Positions 10,281 to 21,229 of a stretch of 64,000 nt of DNA are shown here, piece by piece (position 1 is the stretch's first letter; every line of letters starts with the position of its first letter). Position numbers and translations under genes: made by a program. The DNA is from Candidatus Poriferihabitaceae bacterium (GTDB lineage Bacteria > Pseudomonadota > Gammaproteobacteria > Arenicellales > Poriferihabitantaceae), in the NCBI GenBank assembly GCA_965203265.1, contig CBDBBV010000002.1, positions 1,554,773-1,618,772 on the forward strand. Reading direction: 5' to 3'. The notes beneath the pieces were generated by a model, which was not told the DNA's origin, did no database searches, and worked only from the letters and a program-made list of their open reading frames with translations.

Positions 10281-11678
10281 ATGAAAATCTTCATCGCCGG
10301 CATCTGCGGCACCTTCATGGCCGGCCTCGCCCAGCTGGCTAAAGCCGGCGGCCACAGCGTGCGCGGCTGCGACGCCAAGACCTATCCGCCGATGAGCACC
10401 CTGCTGGAATCCCACGCCATCGAAGTCGCTCAGGGCTGGCTGCCGGAACATCTCGGCGACGACCCCGGCATGGTGGTCATCGGCAATATCCTGTCGCGCG
10501 GCAACCCGCTGGTCGAGCAGGTGCTGAATCGGGAACTCGCCTTCTGCTCCGGCCCGGCGTGGCTGCGCGAGCAGGTGCTGGCGCAGCGTCAGGTCATCGC
10601 CGTGGCCGGCACCCACGGCAAGACCACGACCTCGTCCATCCTCGCTTGGATACTGCAATGCGCCCGCCAACACCCGGGATACCTGATCGGCGGCAAGCCC
10701 GGCAATTTCGACCAATCCGCCGCTCTCGGCAACGGTGCATACTTCGTCATCGAGGCGGACGAATACGACACGGCGTTCTTCGACAAGCGCGCCAAATTCG
10801 TCCACTACCGCCCCCACATCGCCGTACTCAACAATCTGGAATTCGACCACGCCGACATCTACGACGACATCGGGCAGATCGCCGCGCAGTTCCACCACCT
10901 GGTCAGAACCGTGCCCGGCAACGGCTGCATCGTGGTGAACGCCGATGATGCGCGTTTGGCGGAGGTCATCGATATGGGCTGCTGGAGCCGGATTGTGCAC
11001 TTTTCCGTGGCGGACGCCGGCGCCGAGGCCGAGTGGCGTGCCGTGGCGGTGCGCGAGGATTGCTCGCGTTTCGATATCCTGCACCACGGGCGAACCGCCG
11101 CCCAAGTGGATTGGCCGTGCATCGGCAGGCACAACATGCAAAACGCCCTGGCGGCGCTGGCGGCGGCGCAGCTGGCGGGGGTGCCGCCCGAGGCCGCCGG
11201 CGAATATCTGCGCACCTACCGTGCCGTCGAGCGGCGCTTGCAGTTGTTGTTTCAGTCCGACGAGGCCAGTTTGTACGACGACTTCGCCCACCATCCATCG
11301 GCCATCCGCGAAACGCTGGCGGCGGTGCGGGCGCGGCATCCGCACAGCCGCATAATCGCGGTGGTGGCGCTGCGCTCCAACACGATGAAAATGGGCGGCC
11401 ACGGCGAGCAGCTGGCGGTAGCCCTGCAAGGCGCCGACTGCGCCATCGTGAGCGGCGCGGGCGCGGGCGCCAATGCCCGACTGCCCGGCACGCGACAAAG
11501 CCGCGGCGAAATTCTGCACATCGAGCCGATCGATGAAATTGTCTCGGCAATCCAACCGAGACGCAGCGGGAATGATATTATCGTCACCATGAGCAACGGC
11601 GATTTTGGCGGACTAACCCGGCGAATCGCCGAGTCCCTCGAGCCTGCTCAAGTCGCGCGCCCGTCCCGGCGGGCGTAA
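10281..11678 (+). CDS. mpl: UDP-N-acetylmuramate:L-alanyl-gamma-D-glutamyl-meso-diaminopimelate ligase
   Basis: MKIFIAGICGTFMAGLAQLA...AVAGTHGKTTTSS are Mur ligase motifs. The start is the internal ATG at 10281 of ORF 10023..11678. Confidence 0.9.
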   Translation: MKIFIAGICGTFMAGLAQLAKAGGHSVRGCDAKTYPPMSTLLESHAIEVAQGWLPEHLGDDPGMVVIGNILSRGNPLVEQVLNRELAFCSGPAWLREQVLAQRQVIAVAGTHGKTTTSSILAWILQCARQHPGYLIGGKPGNFDQSAALGNGAYFVIEADEYDTAFFDKRAKFVHYRPHIAVLNNLEFDHADIYDDIGQIAAQFHHLVRTVPGNGCIVVNADDARLAEVIDMGCWSRIVHFSVADAGAEAEWRAVAVREDCSRFDILHHGRTAAQVDWPCIGRHNMQNALAALAAAQLAGVPPEAAGEYLRTYRAVERRLQLLFQSDEASLYDDFAHHPSAIRETLAAVRARHPHSRIIAVVALRSNTMKMGGHGEQLAVALQGADCAIVSGAGAGANARLPGTRQSRGEILHIEPIDEIVSAIQPRRSGNDIIVTMSNGDFGGLTRRIAESLEPAQVARPSRRA

Positions 11679-11721
11679 TCACACCAATCACGCTAACCAC
11701 GCATACATCCGTGCCGAAACC

Positions 11722-12387
11722 ATGAAATATCGAACCACATCATCCATTCCGAGGGCGGCTGCCATGTTGCTGGCGGCAGGCTTATTGCTGTCCGCAACCG
11801 GCCTGTTTGCGCAGGACGACCAATTCCGCGAAGGCGGCCACTATGAATTGCTGAGCGAAACCCAGCCGGTGCAAAGCGGCGACAAGATCGAGGTGGTGGA
11901 GCTGTTCTGGTATGGCTGCCCCCACTGTTACCGGCTGGAGCCATTCATCGCCCAGTGGCTGCAGAGCAAGCCGGATCATGTGGAATTCGTCCCGCTGCCG
12001 GCAATCCTGAACGAGCATTGGGCGTTCCACGCGCGCCTGTACTACACACTCGAAGCGCTCGGCCTCGACGAGGCGCTGCACGCCGAAGTGTTCGACGCCA
12101 TCCACGAGGCGCGCAGGAAACTCAACACGCTGGAGCAATTCGCCGACTGGGGGGCGAAAAATGGCATCGATCGGGAGGAGTTGATCGCCGCATTCCATTC
12201 ATTCGCCGTGGACAGCAAAACCCGATTTGCCGCGGTCATGTCGAGAAAATACGGCATTACCGGAGTGCCCTCCATCATCGTCGACGGCAAATACCGCACC
12301 TCGGTATCGCAAGCGGGGAGCCGCGAAAAGCTGCTCGAGGTGATCGACCATCTGGTCGAGTTGGCGGCCGAAGGAAGGGACGGCTGA
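11722..12387 (+). CDS. dsbA: thiol:disulfide interchange protein DsbA
   Basis: Signal peptide and a thioredoxin-fold CPHC active site (FWYGCPHCY). Confidence 0.85.
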   Translation: MKYRTTSSIPRAAAMLLAAGLLLSATGLFAQDDQFREGGHYELLSETQPVQSGDKIEVVELFWYGCPHCYRLEPFIAQWLQSKPDHVEFVPLPAILNEHWAFHARLYYTLEALGLDEALHAEVFDAIHEARRKLNTLEQFADWGAKNGIDREELIAAFHSFAVDSKTRFAAVMSRKYGITGVPSIIVDGKYRTSVSQAGSREKLLEVIDHLVELAAEGRDG

Positions 12388-12444
12388 CGACCGTAGCGCC
12401 CTCCCCGATAACCGCAGCCGGCAGTTGCGGATGAGCGGGAGGCG

Positions 12445-13299
12445 ATGAAAACTCGAATCCACGGCCACCGGGGCGCCCGCGGGCGGCGTCCGGAAAACAC
12501 GTTGGCGGCGGTCGAATACGCATTGCGGCACGCTGTCGATGGCGTTGAAGTGGATGTATGCGTAACCTCGGACGATGCCATCGTGCTGCACCACGACCTG
12601 CGGCTCAATCCGGCGATCGCCAGAGACGCCAAAGGCAGATGGGTGAATGAGCGCACGCCCATCCGCGATCTGTCATTGTGGGAGATTCGTCGATACGATG
12701 TCGGGCGGCTACTGCCGGGCAGCCAATACGCCGCCGCATTCGCCGAGCAAACCCCGCTGGACGACGTGCGGATACCGACTCTGGACGAGTGCGTTGCATT
12801 GATGCGCCAGCACGTCGAAAGCGGCAACGGGCGCGAAAGCGGGCGCGGCGCCGTTCTCGATGTGGAACTGAAGAGCAACCCGAATCAGCCGAAACTGACT
12901 CCGAGCCCCGACCGCTATGTTTCCCTGCTGTTGGATCAGCTCGAACGACTGCAGTTTTTACAGCCGCAGCAAATTTTCCTGCAGAGTTTCGATTGGCGGC
13001 TGACTCGGCTGCTCAAACAACGACGCCGGGACTTGCAAGTCGGATTCACCAGCGCGCGGCCCTTGGCGCTGGCCGAGATGGAGTCTGTGAAATCTCAGGG
13101 CGCCGATGTGTTGTCCTGCAACCATCTGAGCCTGACCGAGCGGTTGATCCGCCAAGCCCACGAGATCGGCTTGGCGGTACATGCTTGGACAGTCAATCAA
13201 ACGCGCGATCTGGAGAAACTCGCGGAGTGGGGCGTGGATGTGATCGTTACCGACCACCCCGAGCGGTGTCGCGCGTTGCTGTATGGCGATTCGCCGTAG
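12445..13299 (+). CDS. glycerophosphodiester phosphodiesterase family protein
   Basis: N-terminal HGHRGARGRRPENT and a GDPD-type HD / E motif arrangement. Confidence 0.8.
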   Translation: MKTRIHGHRGARGRRPENTLAAVEYALRHAVDGVEVDVCVTSDDAIVLHHDLRLNPAIARDAKGRWVNERTPIRDLSLWEIRRYDVGRLLPGSQYAAAFAEQTPLDDVRIPTLDECVALMRQHVESGNGRESGRGAVLDVELKSNPNQPKLTPSPDRYVSLLLDQLERLQFLQPQQIFLQSFDWRLTRLLKQRRRDLQVGFTSARPLALAEMESVKSQGADVLSCNHLSLTERLIRQAHEIGLAVHAWTVNQTRDLEKLAEWGVDVIVTDHPERCRALLYGDSP

Positions 13300-13342
13300 A
13301 ATTGCACGCGGCGAAGCGGTGCGCGCTCAGTAGCTCAGCCGC

Positions 13343-14896
<1,554 letters not shown>

Positions 14897-14942
14897 GACT
14901 GTACCTCTTTGGATTTGGATAATAATGCGACGATGGCGCCGC

Positions 14943-15314
14943 TCAATTCAGCGCCCGAATAAATTGCTCGGCGTAGCGGGTTGCGTCGTTGCGGCACCAT
15001 TTTCTGAACCCGCCCAGCCCGCGATTGTCCCATTCCCGATGAGCCAATTTGCCCGCTTCCGATCGGGCGCTTTGAATCAGCGATTGTTCGAGCGGATATT
15101 CGTTGAGCATGGATTTTCGCAACAAATGAAAGCCGGCAATCACCTGATCGGTGGCCAGACCGCAATAGTTGGTAACTTCGGCTCGATAAATCAAGTAGAC
15201 CAACTTGTTCCAGCCGGGCACGCTGCCGTCGCCACCGGCCGGCCCCGCGAACAGCAGCCCCGATAACAGAAACGGACGCAGCAGACACGGAACGAGGCGG
15301 CGCATCCGGCGCAT
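14943..15314 (-). CDS. hypothetical secreted protein
   Basis: 123-aa ORF with an N-terminal signal-like segment. It lies 3 nt after the upstream gene in the same operon. No family was recognised. Confidence 0.45.
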   Translation of the reverse strand: MRRMRRLVPCLLRPFLLSGLLFAGPAGGDGSVPGWNKLVYLIYRAEVTNYCGLATDQVIAGFHLLRKSMLNEYPLEQSLIQSARSEAGKLAHREWDNRGLGGFRKWCRNDATRYAEQFIRALN

Positions 15315-15317
15315 CGG

Positions 15318-16370
15318 CTACAGGCTCTTCGCCGCCGCACACAAATTGTGCAGTTTCTGCCGAGCCAGATTCCGGCCCAGCAACCCCAGACCGCAGTCCG
15401 GCGCCGCCACCAGTCGCTCCTTGTCGATGTGATTCAGCGCCGCACTCAGGCGTTCGCGGATTTCCTCGACCGGCTCGACTCGGCTTTTGGCGATGGCGAC
15501 TGTGCCGAGAATGACGGTGGTGGTCTTGAATCTCTCCAGCAACTCCAGATCATTGTGGCGGTGGGCATCCTCGATGGAAAGCCACTGCACAGACGAATCC
15601 TCCATGGCGTCGGCGATTCGCCGATACGCCAGTGGATCCGCCTTCGGATAGTCGTCGCGATCCAGCCGATCCGGATAGCCGCAGCACATGTGCACCGTGC
15701 GCGTTACCTGCGCCGGGCAGCCGTGGAAAGCCCGTTCGAGGTTCTCCACCCCGTAAGCCAGAGCGTTCTCCGGCTGTCTAGCGAACACCGGTTCGTCGAT
15801 CTGGATGTGGCGACAGCCGGCTTTGGCCAGCGCCAGCACCTCCTCGTTGAGCGCATCGGCCAGCGCCGCGCCGAGTTTTTGCGCGTCGTGGTAGTAGTCG
15901 TCGAAATTGGTGTCGGCGATGGTCATCGGGCCCGGCATGGTGATCTTCACCGGTTTGTCGCAGAATTTCTGAGCGCGCCGCCAATCCGCCGGCAAAAACC
16001 GATCTCGCGCCGAAACCGAGCCGCGAATGGTGGGCAACCGAGCCGAATAGGTGCCGCCGCGCACCACCTTTTCCGAGAGGTTGTCGAAGTCGAAGCCGTC
16101 CAGATGGCGGCAGTGATAGTGGATGTAGTTTTCCCGAGGCACTTCGCCGTCGGTGGGGATGTCGATGCCGGCCTCGACTTGGTCGCCGACCACCTGCTGC
16201 ACACCACGGGCGATGATGGCCTCGGCGTCCGCTCCCATTTGCCGCATGGCGTCGGCCCAGCGCCTAGTCGGCTCGGCGGTATCCGGCCCGTCCGCATCGG
16301 TGAACCAATCCGACAATTTCACTTGGTCGGGCTTCGGGTAGGCGCCGATGCAGGTTGTGATGATGGGCAT
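15318..16370 (-). CDS. cobalamin-independent methionine synthase (MetE C-terminal domain)-like methyltransferase
   Basis: 350 aa. MPIITTCIGAYPKP..., HMCCGYP and a C-terminal PDCGLG are typical of MetE-C/URO-D-like family proteins. Confidence 0.7.
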   Translation of the reverse strand: MPIITTCIGAYPKPDQVKLSDWFTDADGPDTAEPTRRWADAMRQMGADAEAIIARGVQQVVGDQVEAGIDIPTDGEVPRENYIHYHCRHLDGFDFDNLSEKVVRGGTYSARLPTIRGSVSARDRFLPADWRRAQKFCDKPVKITMPGPMTIADTNFDDYYHDAQKLGAALADALNEEVLALAKAGCRHIQIDEPVFARQPENALAYGVENLERAFHGCPAQVTRTVHMCCGYPDRLDRDDYPKADPLAYRRIADAMEDSSVQWLSIEDAHRHNDLELLERFKTTTVILGTVAIAKSRVEPVEEIRERLSAALNHIDKERLVAAPDCGLGLLGRNLARQKLHNLCAAAKSL

Positions 16371-16415
16371 GGTTTGCTACGCCAATTCGAGTGAATGGGG
16401 GGCAATATGGCGGAA

Positions 16416-17711
16416 CTACTGATCCGGATTGACCTGCTCCTGCAAATTCTGCGGATCGAAGATACTCTGGAAATTTTCCGTGCCCACGGGATTTTCCGCC
16501 TCCGGCGCGGCAGTATCAACCTGATCGCCGCCAACCTGCCCCTGCAGATTGCCGGTGCTGAATACACCCTGAAACTGGGAAACGCCGGTGCGCTCGGATT
16601 TGTCGGTGGTCTCGAGCGACTGGCTGGCTGCCGAGGAAGCGGCGGGCGCGTTCTGGAACATCGCCTTGGCTTCCCGCTGCCGCACGCGCTCCTGAGCGCG
16701 CGCGATCTTCTCCGCCTTGACCTGCGCCTTGCATTCCGCCACGCCCATGGTGCCGGCGAAATAGGCGCTGCCGAGGCCGGCGGCGAACACCAGCAGGATC
16801 ATGGCGACCGCCGGATCCAGCATGAACGGTTTGGTTTTTTTGCGGCGCGCCTGCTCGCCCTTGACGATTCGGGCGGTTTCCTTTTCCGCGGCGGCCTCCC
16901 GGCGCTTGAGCACCTCGTGCAGGGCGGCGCCGAGCAGCGTGATCAACACGATGATGACCGCCAGCGCGCTGATGGACGGGTTGATGCCGTGGCGCACCTT
17001 GCTGGCGAGGAAAGTGGTCAGGGTACTCTCCGAGATGATGGTGAACACCGTGGTGTTGTAGTTTTCGAAGGAAGCGAGAAACGCCAGCACCGCAGCCGAG
17101 AGGATGGCCGGGCGCAAAAACGGCAGCAGAATCTTGCGAAACGCCTGCAGATGGGTGGCGCCCAGATCGAGCGCCGCTTCTTCCTGAAACAGATCGAATC
17201 TCTGCAGTCGGGAGATGAACACGAGCATGGTGTAGGCGGAGATGAAGGTCGCCTGCCCGATGATGGTGAGGAAGAAGCCGTCGTAGAACAGGGAATTGCG
17301 GGAAGCGCCCAGCATGGTGCCGATGCGATCCCAGAACAACAATGTGGAAATGCCGAGCACCACGCCGGGGACGAGGATCGGCGAGATGACGATGGTGTAG
17401 TACCACGGCCGGATGCGCTCCTTGACCTGAGTCAGCATGAGCGCCCCGGCCAATCCGAGCGGCACCGCCAGCAATACCACGCCGATGCCGATGAAGAAAC
17501 TGTTGCGCAATCCTTCGATCAACTTGTCGTCGTTGGCCAGCACCTGAAACCATTCCACGGTGAAGCATTCGAATGGCGTAACCCGCGGGAACGAGGCACT
17601 GTTGAATGCGGTTACGCTCATGATGATCAACGGCCCGAACAGATAGGCGAAAAAGCCGAGCACGAAGAACAGCACGAAGAATTTGCGGATGTGGTCGGAG
17701 GTCAAGGTCAT
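16416..17711 (-). CDS. ABC transporter permease (PotC-like) with a 161-aa C-terminal extension
   Basis: It has the EAA loop (EEAALDLGA) and six TM-like segments. The start ATG at 17711 overlaps the upstream permease stop (17708). Residues 271-431 are an extra TM segment plus a low-complexity tail. Confidence 0.8.
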   Translation of the reverse strand: MTLTSDHIRKFFVLFFVLGFFAYLFGPLIIMSVTAFNSASFPRVTPFECFTVEWFQVLANDDKLIEGLRNSFFIGIGVVLLAVPLGLAGALMLTQVKERIRPWYYTIVISPILVPGVVLGISTLLFWDRIGTMLGASRNSLFYDGFFLTIIGQATFISAYTMLVFISRLQRFDLFQEEAALDLGATHLQAFRKILLPFLRPAILSAAVLAFLASFENYNTTVFTIISESTLTTFLASKVRHGINPSISALAVIIVLITLLGAALHEVLKRREAAAEKETARIVKGEQARRKKTKPFMLDPAVAMILLVFAAGLGSAYFAGTMGVAECKAQVKAEKIARAQERVRQREAKAMFQNAPAASSAASQSLETTDKSERTGVSQFQGVFSTGNLQGQVGGDQVDTAAPEAENPVGTENFQSIFDPQNLQEQVNPDQ

Positions 17712-18664
17712 CGGGCAATTTCTCCGAGTTTGACCTTGAACACGCGCATGACGATCAACACGAAGAGGATGCAGGCCGAAAGCAGGATGATGGCGTAGGC
17801 CGAGCCGCGCGCCCAGTTGCCGGCCTGATTGAATGCCTGATAGATGATCTGGGTAAACCACAAACTGCTGGGGCCGCCGAGAATCTGCGGCACCGCGAGG
17901 GCGCCGGCGGTCAGCATGAATACCATGGTGCACCCCGAGGTGATGCCGGGCTTGGCATGGGGAATCACCACGCGCTTGTGAATCCGCCACCACGGCGAAC
18001 CCAGATCCCGCGCCGCCTCGATCTGATTCTTGTCGAGGCTTTCCACCGCATTGTAGATGGGGAAGATCATCAGCAGGATATAGGCGTAGCTGAGGCCGGA
18101 CCACAGCGCCACGCCGTTGCGAATGAAGTCGTAGGGCTGGTCGATGAGGCCGAGCCACAGCAGCGAGTTGTTGATGATGCCGTTGCTGCCGAACATGATC
18201 TTGAAGGCGAAGGCGCGCAGCAATTCATTGACCCAGAACGGCACCACCAACGCCATCACCATCAAGCGGCTCCAACCGCCGCGAGATACATGGGCGAGGT
18301 AATAGGCAACCGGATAGCACAGCGCCAGATCGATGAGGGTGACGAAAATGGCTGCCACAATGGTGCGCGCGAACACCGACAGATCGACGAAATTGTACGA
18401 GTCGGTACTCTGGGCGCTGCCGTACAGCATGTAGCGGTAATGCTCGGTGGTGTAGTGGTGGGCTTCGCTGCCCCACTGCGGCGGCGGCACATTCGCGCGG
18501 AAGGAAAAATCGAGCATGAACGCCTGTGGCAGGACGATCATCATGAAAATCCAGAAACCCACCGAGACGAGCAGGAACAGCGACAGCGCGATGCCGTGCT
18601 TGCGGAAGAATTCGTTCCAGTATTTGCGCATCGGCGGATTCAGTCGCGCTCGATTAAGCAGCAA
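17708..18664 (-). CDS. ABC transporter permease (PotB-like)
   Basis: MetI-like permease with the EAA motif IEAARDLGSPWW; 318 aa. Confidence 0.85.
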   Translation of the reverse strand: MLLNRARLNPPMRKYWNEFFRKHGIALSLFLLVSVGFWIFMMIVLPQAFMLDFSFRANVPPPQWGSEAHHYTTEHYRYMLYGSAQSTDSYNFVDLSVFARTIVAAIFVTLIDLALCYPVAYYLAHVSRGGWSRLMVMALVVPFWVNELLRAFAFKIMFGSNGIINNSLLWLGLIDQPYDFIRNGVALWSGLSYAYILLMIFPIYNAVESLDKNQIEAARDLGSPWWRIHKRVVIPHAKPGITSGCTMVFMLTAGALAVPQILGGPSSLWFTQIIYQAFNQAGNWARGSAYAIILLSACILFVLIVMRVFKVKLGEIAR

Positions 18665-18669
18665 TACCG

Positions 18670-19782
18670 CTACTCAGCGGCCAACTCCCCATGCGGCAGC
18701 GCTACCGCTAGGTCGGCATCGAAACCGAGGGTTACTTCCTCGCCGGAATCATGCCCGGTGGTGCGTCCATCGTTGATCATGGACAGTTTGATCTGCTTGC
18801 TGCTGCCGGCCACTGTGCAGAACACCTGCCAGAAATTGCCCTCGAATTCCTGCTGGTTTATGTGCGCGGAAATCCGGTTGTCGAAGGACTCGTCGTTGGC
18901 GAACTTGAGTGACTCCGGGCGCACGAACACGAAGGCGTCGTCGCCGACCGCAAGTTGCCCGGCGTCGGCGCGCTTGCCGTGGCGGGCGCGCAATGCGCCC
19001 GAAGGGGTTTTCACCACGACGAATTCTTCCCCGACCTCGGAAACCTCGCCGGCGAACAGGTTGTTCTCGCCGACGAAGGAGGCGACGAAGGCGCTTTCGG
19101 GCCGGTTGTAGATGGTGTTGCCGTCGGCCACCTGCTCGATTACGCCCTGACTCATCACCGCGACATGGTCGGACATGGTCAGGGCTTCCCCCTGATCGTG
19201 GGTGATGTAGATGAAGGTGATGCCCACCCGTTGCTGGATGGCGCGCAATTCGGTGCGCATGTGTTGGCGCAGTTTCAGGTCGAGGGCCGACAACGGCTCG
19301 TCCAGCAGCAACACATCGGGCTCTGCCGCCAGCGCTCGGGCGATGGCAACCCGCTGCTTCTGCCCGCCGGACAACTCGCCGACCATCTTGTCGCCCTGCC
19401 CGGCCAGAGCGATCAGCTCGAGCAATTCATCCGCGATCTTGCGGCGTTGCGCCTTGCCCACGCCCTTGACCTCCAGAGCGAAGGTGATGTTCTCCCACAC
19501 CGTCATCAACGGAAACAGCGCCAGATTCTGAAAGATCAGCGCGGTCGGGCGCTTGTTCGGGCCGATTCCGGCCATATCCTGACCGCCAATCAGCACCCGT
19601 CCCTGAGACGGCTCGAGAAATCCGGACACCGCGCGCAAAATGGTGGTCTTGCCGCATCCGGACGGGCCGAGAAAACTGAAGAATTCCCCCTCCTTGATGT
19701 GGATATCGACCTCCCGCGCCGCGACGAAGTCGCCGAAGCGAATCCATATGTCTTCGAGATGGACATCCGCGCTCATTTGCAC
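18670..19782 (-). CDS. ABC transporter ATP-binding protein (PotA-like, polyamine/opine type)
   Basis: Walker A GPSGCGKTT, signature LSGGQKQR, Walker B LLLDEP and a C-terminal TOBE-like domain. Confidence 0.9.
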   Translation of the reverse strand: MQMSADVHLEDIWIRFGDFVAAREVDIHIKEGEFFSFLGPSGCGKTTILRAVSGFLEPSQGRVLIGGQDMAGIGPNKRPTALIFQNLALFPLMTVWENITFALEVKGVGKAQRRKIADELLELIALAGQGDKMVGELSGGQKQRVAIARALAAEPDVLLLDEPLSALDLKLRQHMRTELRAIQQRVGITFIYITHDQGEALTMSDHVAVMSQGVIEQVADGNTIYNRPESAFVASFVGENNLFAGEVSEVGEEFVVVKTPSGALRARHGKRADAGQLAVGDDAFVFVRPESLKFANDESFDNRISAHINQQEFEGNFWQVFCTVAGSSKQIKLSMINDGRTTGHDSGEEVTLGFDADLAVALPHGELAAE

Positions 19783-19890
19783 ACTCCCCTGATATTCATT
19801 TCCGGCCCTTTGTGGTGTTTGTGGCGTTCGCGGACTTCGGGGTATCGCAGAAAGGCCCCCGACAACGAATGCCGGGGGCCGGTTGCGCTG

Positions 19891-21039
19891 CTATGCGTTG
19901 ACGAACTTGTTGCGGTATTCGGTGCGCACATCGGCATACCACTGCGCCTCCGCAGGCCACGGGTTGAGGTTTGCCAGCGCGTCGCCCGGATAGGCTTCCG
20001 CGAAGTTCTTCTTGTACGCCGGGCCGGTATGGGCGTCGGCGCCGAGAACCGCGGAATTGTAGCCGTGCACGTCGATGGACTTGCCCGCCACCTGCGGCTC
20101 GAAAACATACTTGATCAGCTCGTAGGCTTGATCGACATTTTCCGCCGCGGCGGACATCGCAAGGCTGTCAACCCACGCCATCGCGCCCTCTTTCGGCGCC
20201 TGATAGGTTACCGGCTCACCTTCGGATTTCATCGCCAGCACCGGGCCGTCCCAGGTCTGCCCGACCACCACGCCGTCGTTGAGGAAACCGTTTTTCTGGC
20301 TGTCGGTGTCGTTCCAGAACAGTTTGATCTGGGACTTGTGCGCGATGCAGAAATCGGTGATTTTTTGCCACACGGGGCGCATGGCCGACTCACTGCGGTA
20401 GGCTCGCCACACATCCCCCGGCTCCAATTCGCCGATGGTCTCCATGTACAGCCCGGCGCCCAACATGCCGCTGTGCGGGCGAATCATGGTCTTGCCCTCC
20501 ACATCGGGCTGCCAGATGTTGCCGTAGCTGGGCGTGCCGCCGGGCGGCGACCACAGATCGGTACGCCAACCGATGGCCTCGGTGCCCCAGATGAACGGCA
20601 GCCAGTGGGAGCCCTTGCCGCCGAAATTCCATTCCGTATCGCCCACCCGCAGCATTGCCGGATTGACATTGTCGAGATTGGAAATGCGGCTGTAATCGAT
20701 CGGCTGCAGCAGGTTCAGCTCAACCCACTGCCCGGAACGGTTGTTGGTGGGGCTGCACAGGTCGACGCCGGCGCCCTTGGTGGCCTTCATCTGGTTGATC
20801 AGTTCCTCGTTCGAACCCAGCTCCTTGTAATTCACCTTGATGCCGGTGGCCGCGGTGAAATCCTCGAGCACGTTCGCCGGAATGTAGTCGGTCCAGATGG
20901 TGCAGTTGACCTCGCCGGAAGACGAGAAGACCTTCGGACTGACCACCCAAGGCCCCACAGCCGCCACGCCGGCAGCCACTGCAGTGCCCTTGATCGCCGT
21001 TCTTCTGGTCTGGTTGACAGTATCGCTAGAGTTACTCAT
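19891..21039 (-). CDS. periplasmic substrate-binding protein (PotD/PotF family) with a twin-arginine signal
   Basis: N-terminal TRRTAIKG Tat motif and extracellular solute-binding family 1 similarity. Confidence 0.85.
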   Translation of the reverse strand: MSNSSDTVNQTRRTAIKGTAVAAGVAAVGPWVVSPKVFSSSGEVNCTIWTDYIPANVLEDFTAATGIKVNYKELGSNEELINQMKATKGAGVDLCSPTNNRSGQWVELNLLQPIDYSRISNLDNVNPAMLRVGDTEWNFGGKGSHWLPFIWGTEAIGWRTDLWSPPGGTPSYGNIWQPDVEGKTMIRPHSGMLGAGLYMETIGELEPGDVWRAYRSESAMRPVWQKITDFCIAHKSQIKLFWNDTDSQKNGFLNDGVVVGQTWDGPVLAMKSEGEPVTYQAPKEGAMAWVDSLAMSAAAENVDQAYELIKYVFEPQVAGKSIDVHGYNSAVLGADAHTGPAYKKNFAEAYPGDALANLNPWPAEAQWYADVRTEYRNKFVNA

Positions 21040-21079
21040 GGTGTTTCCTCCTCACAAATCGATGTGGTTACAGAAAAAA

Positions 21080-21107
21080 TTACGCGCTTTACGCACACTT
21101 TACGCAC
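21080..21107. promoter_or_regulatory. three direct TTACGC(G/A)C repeats upstream of the ABC operon
   Basis: TTACGCGC at 21080-21087, then TTACGCAC at 21089-21096 and 21100-21107, about 40-70 nt upstream of the substrate-binding protein start codon. Confidence 0.3.
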
Positions 21108-21229
21108 TCAGCGGACGCTCTTCGAAAAACCGCCACGAAAACCGCTACCCGCCGAATTCGCGCGGGCAGTATAAAGCAGATTCGCAAAACAATGCCAGTG
21201 GGAAATCGGATTCCCCCGAGCCACCGCGC

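Noticed and set aside
17712-18158. An N-terminal 149-aa extension of the PotC-like ORF (the 580-aa version).
   Set aside because: It overlaps the PotB-like permease gene in another frame. The ATG at 17711 gives the usual 4-nt coupling overlap.
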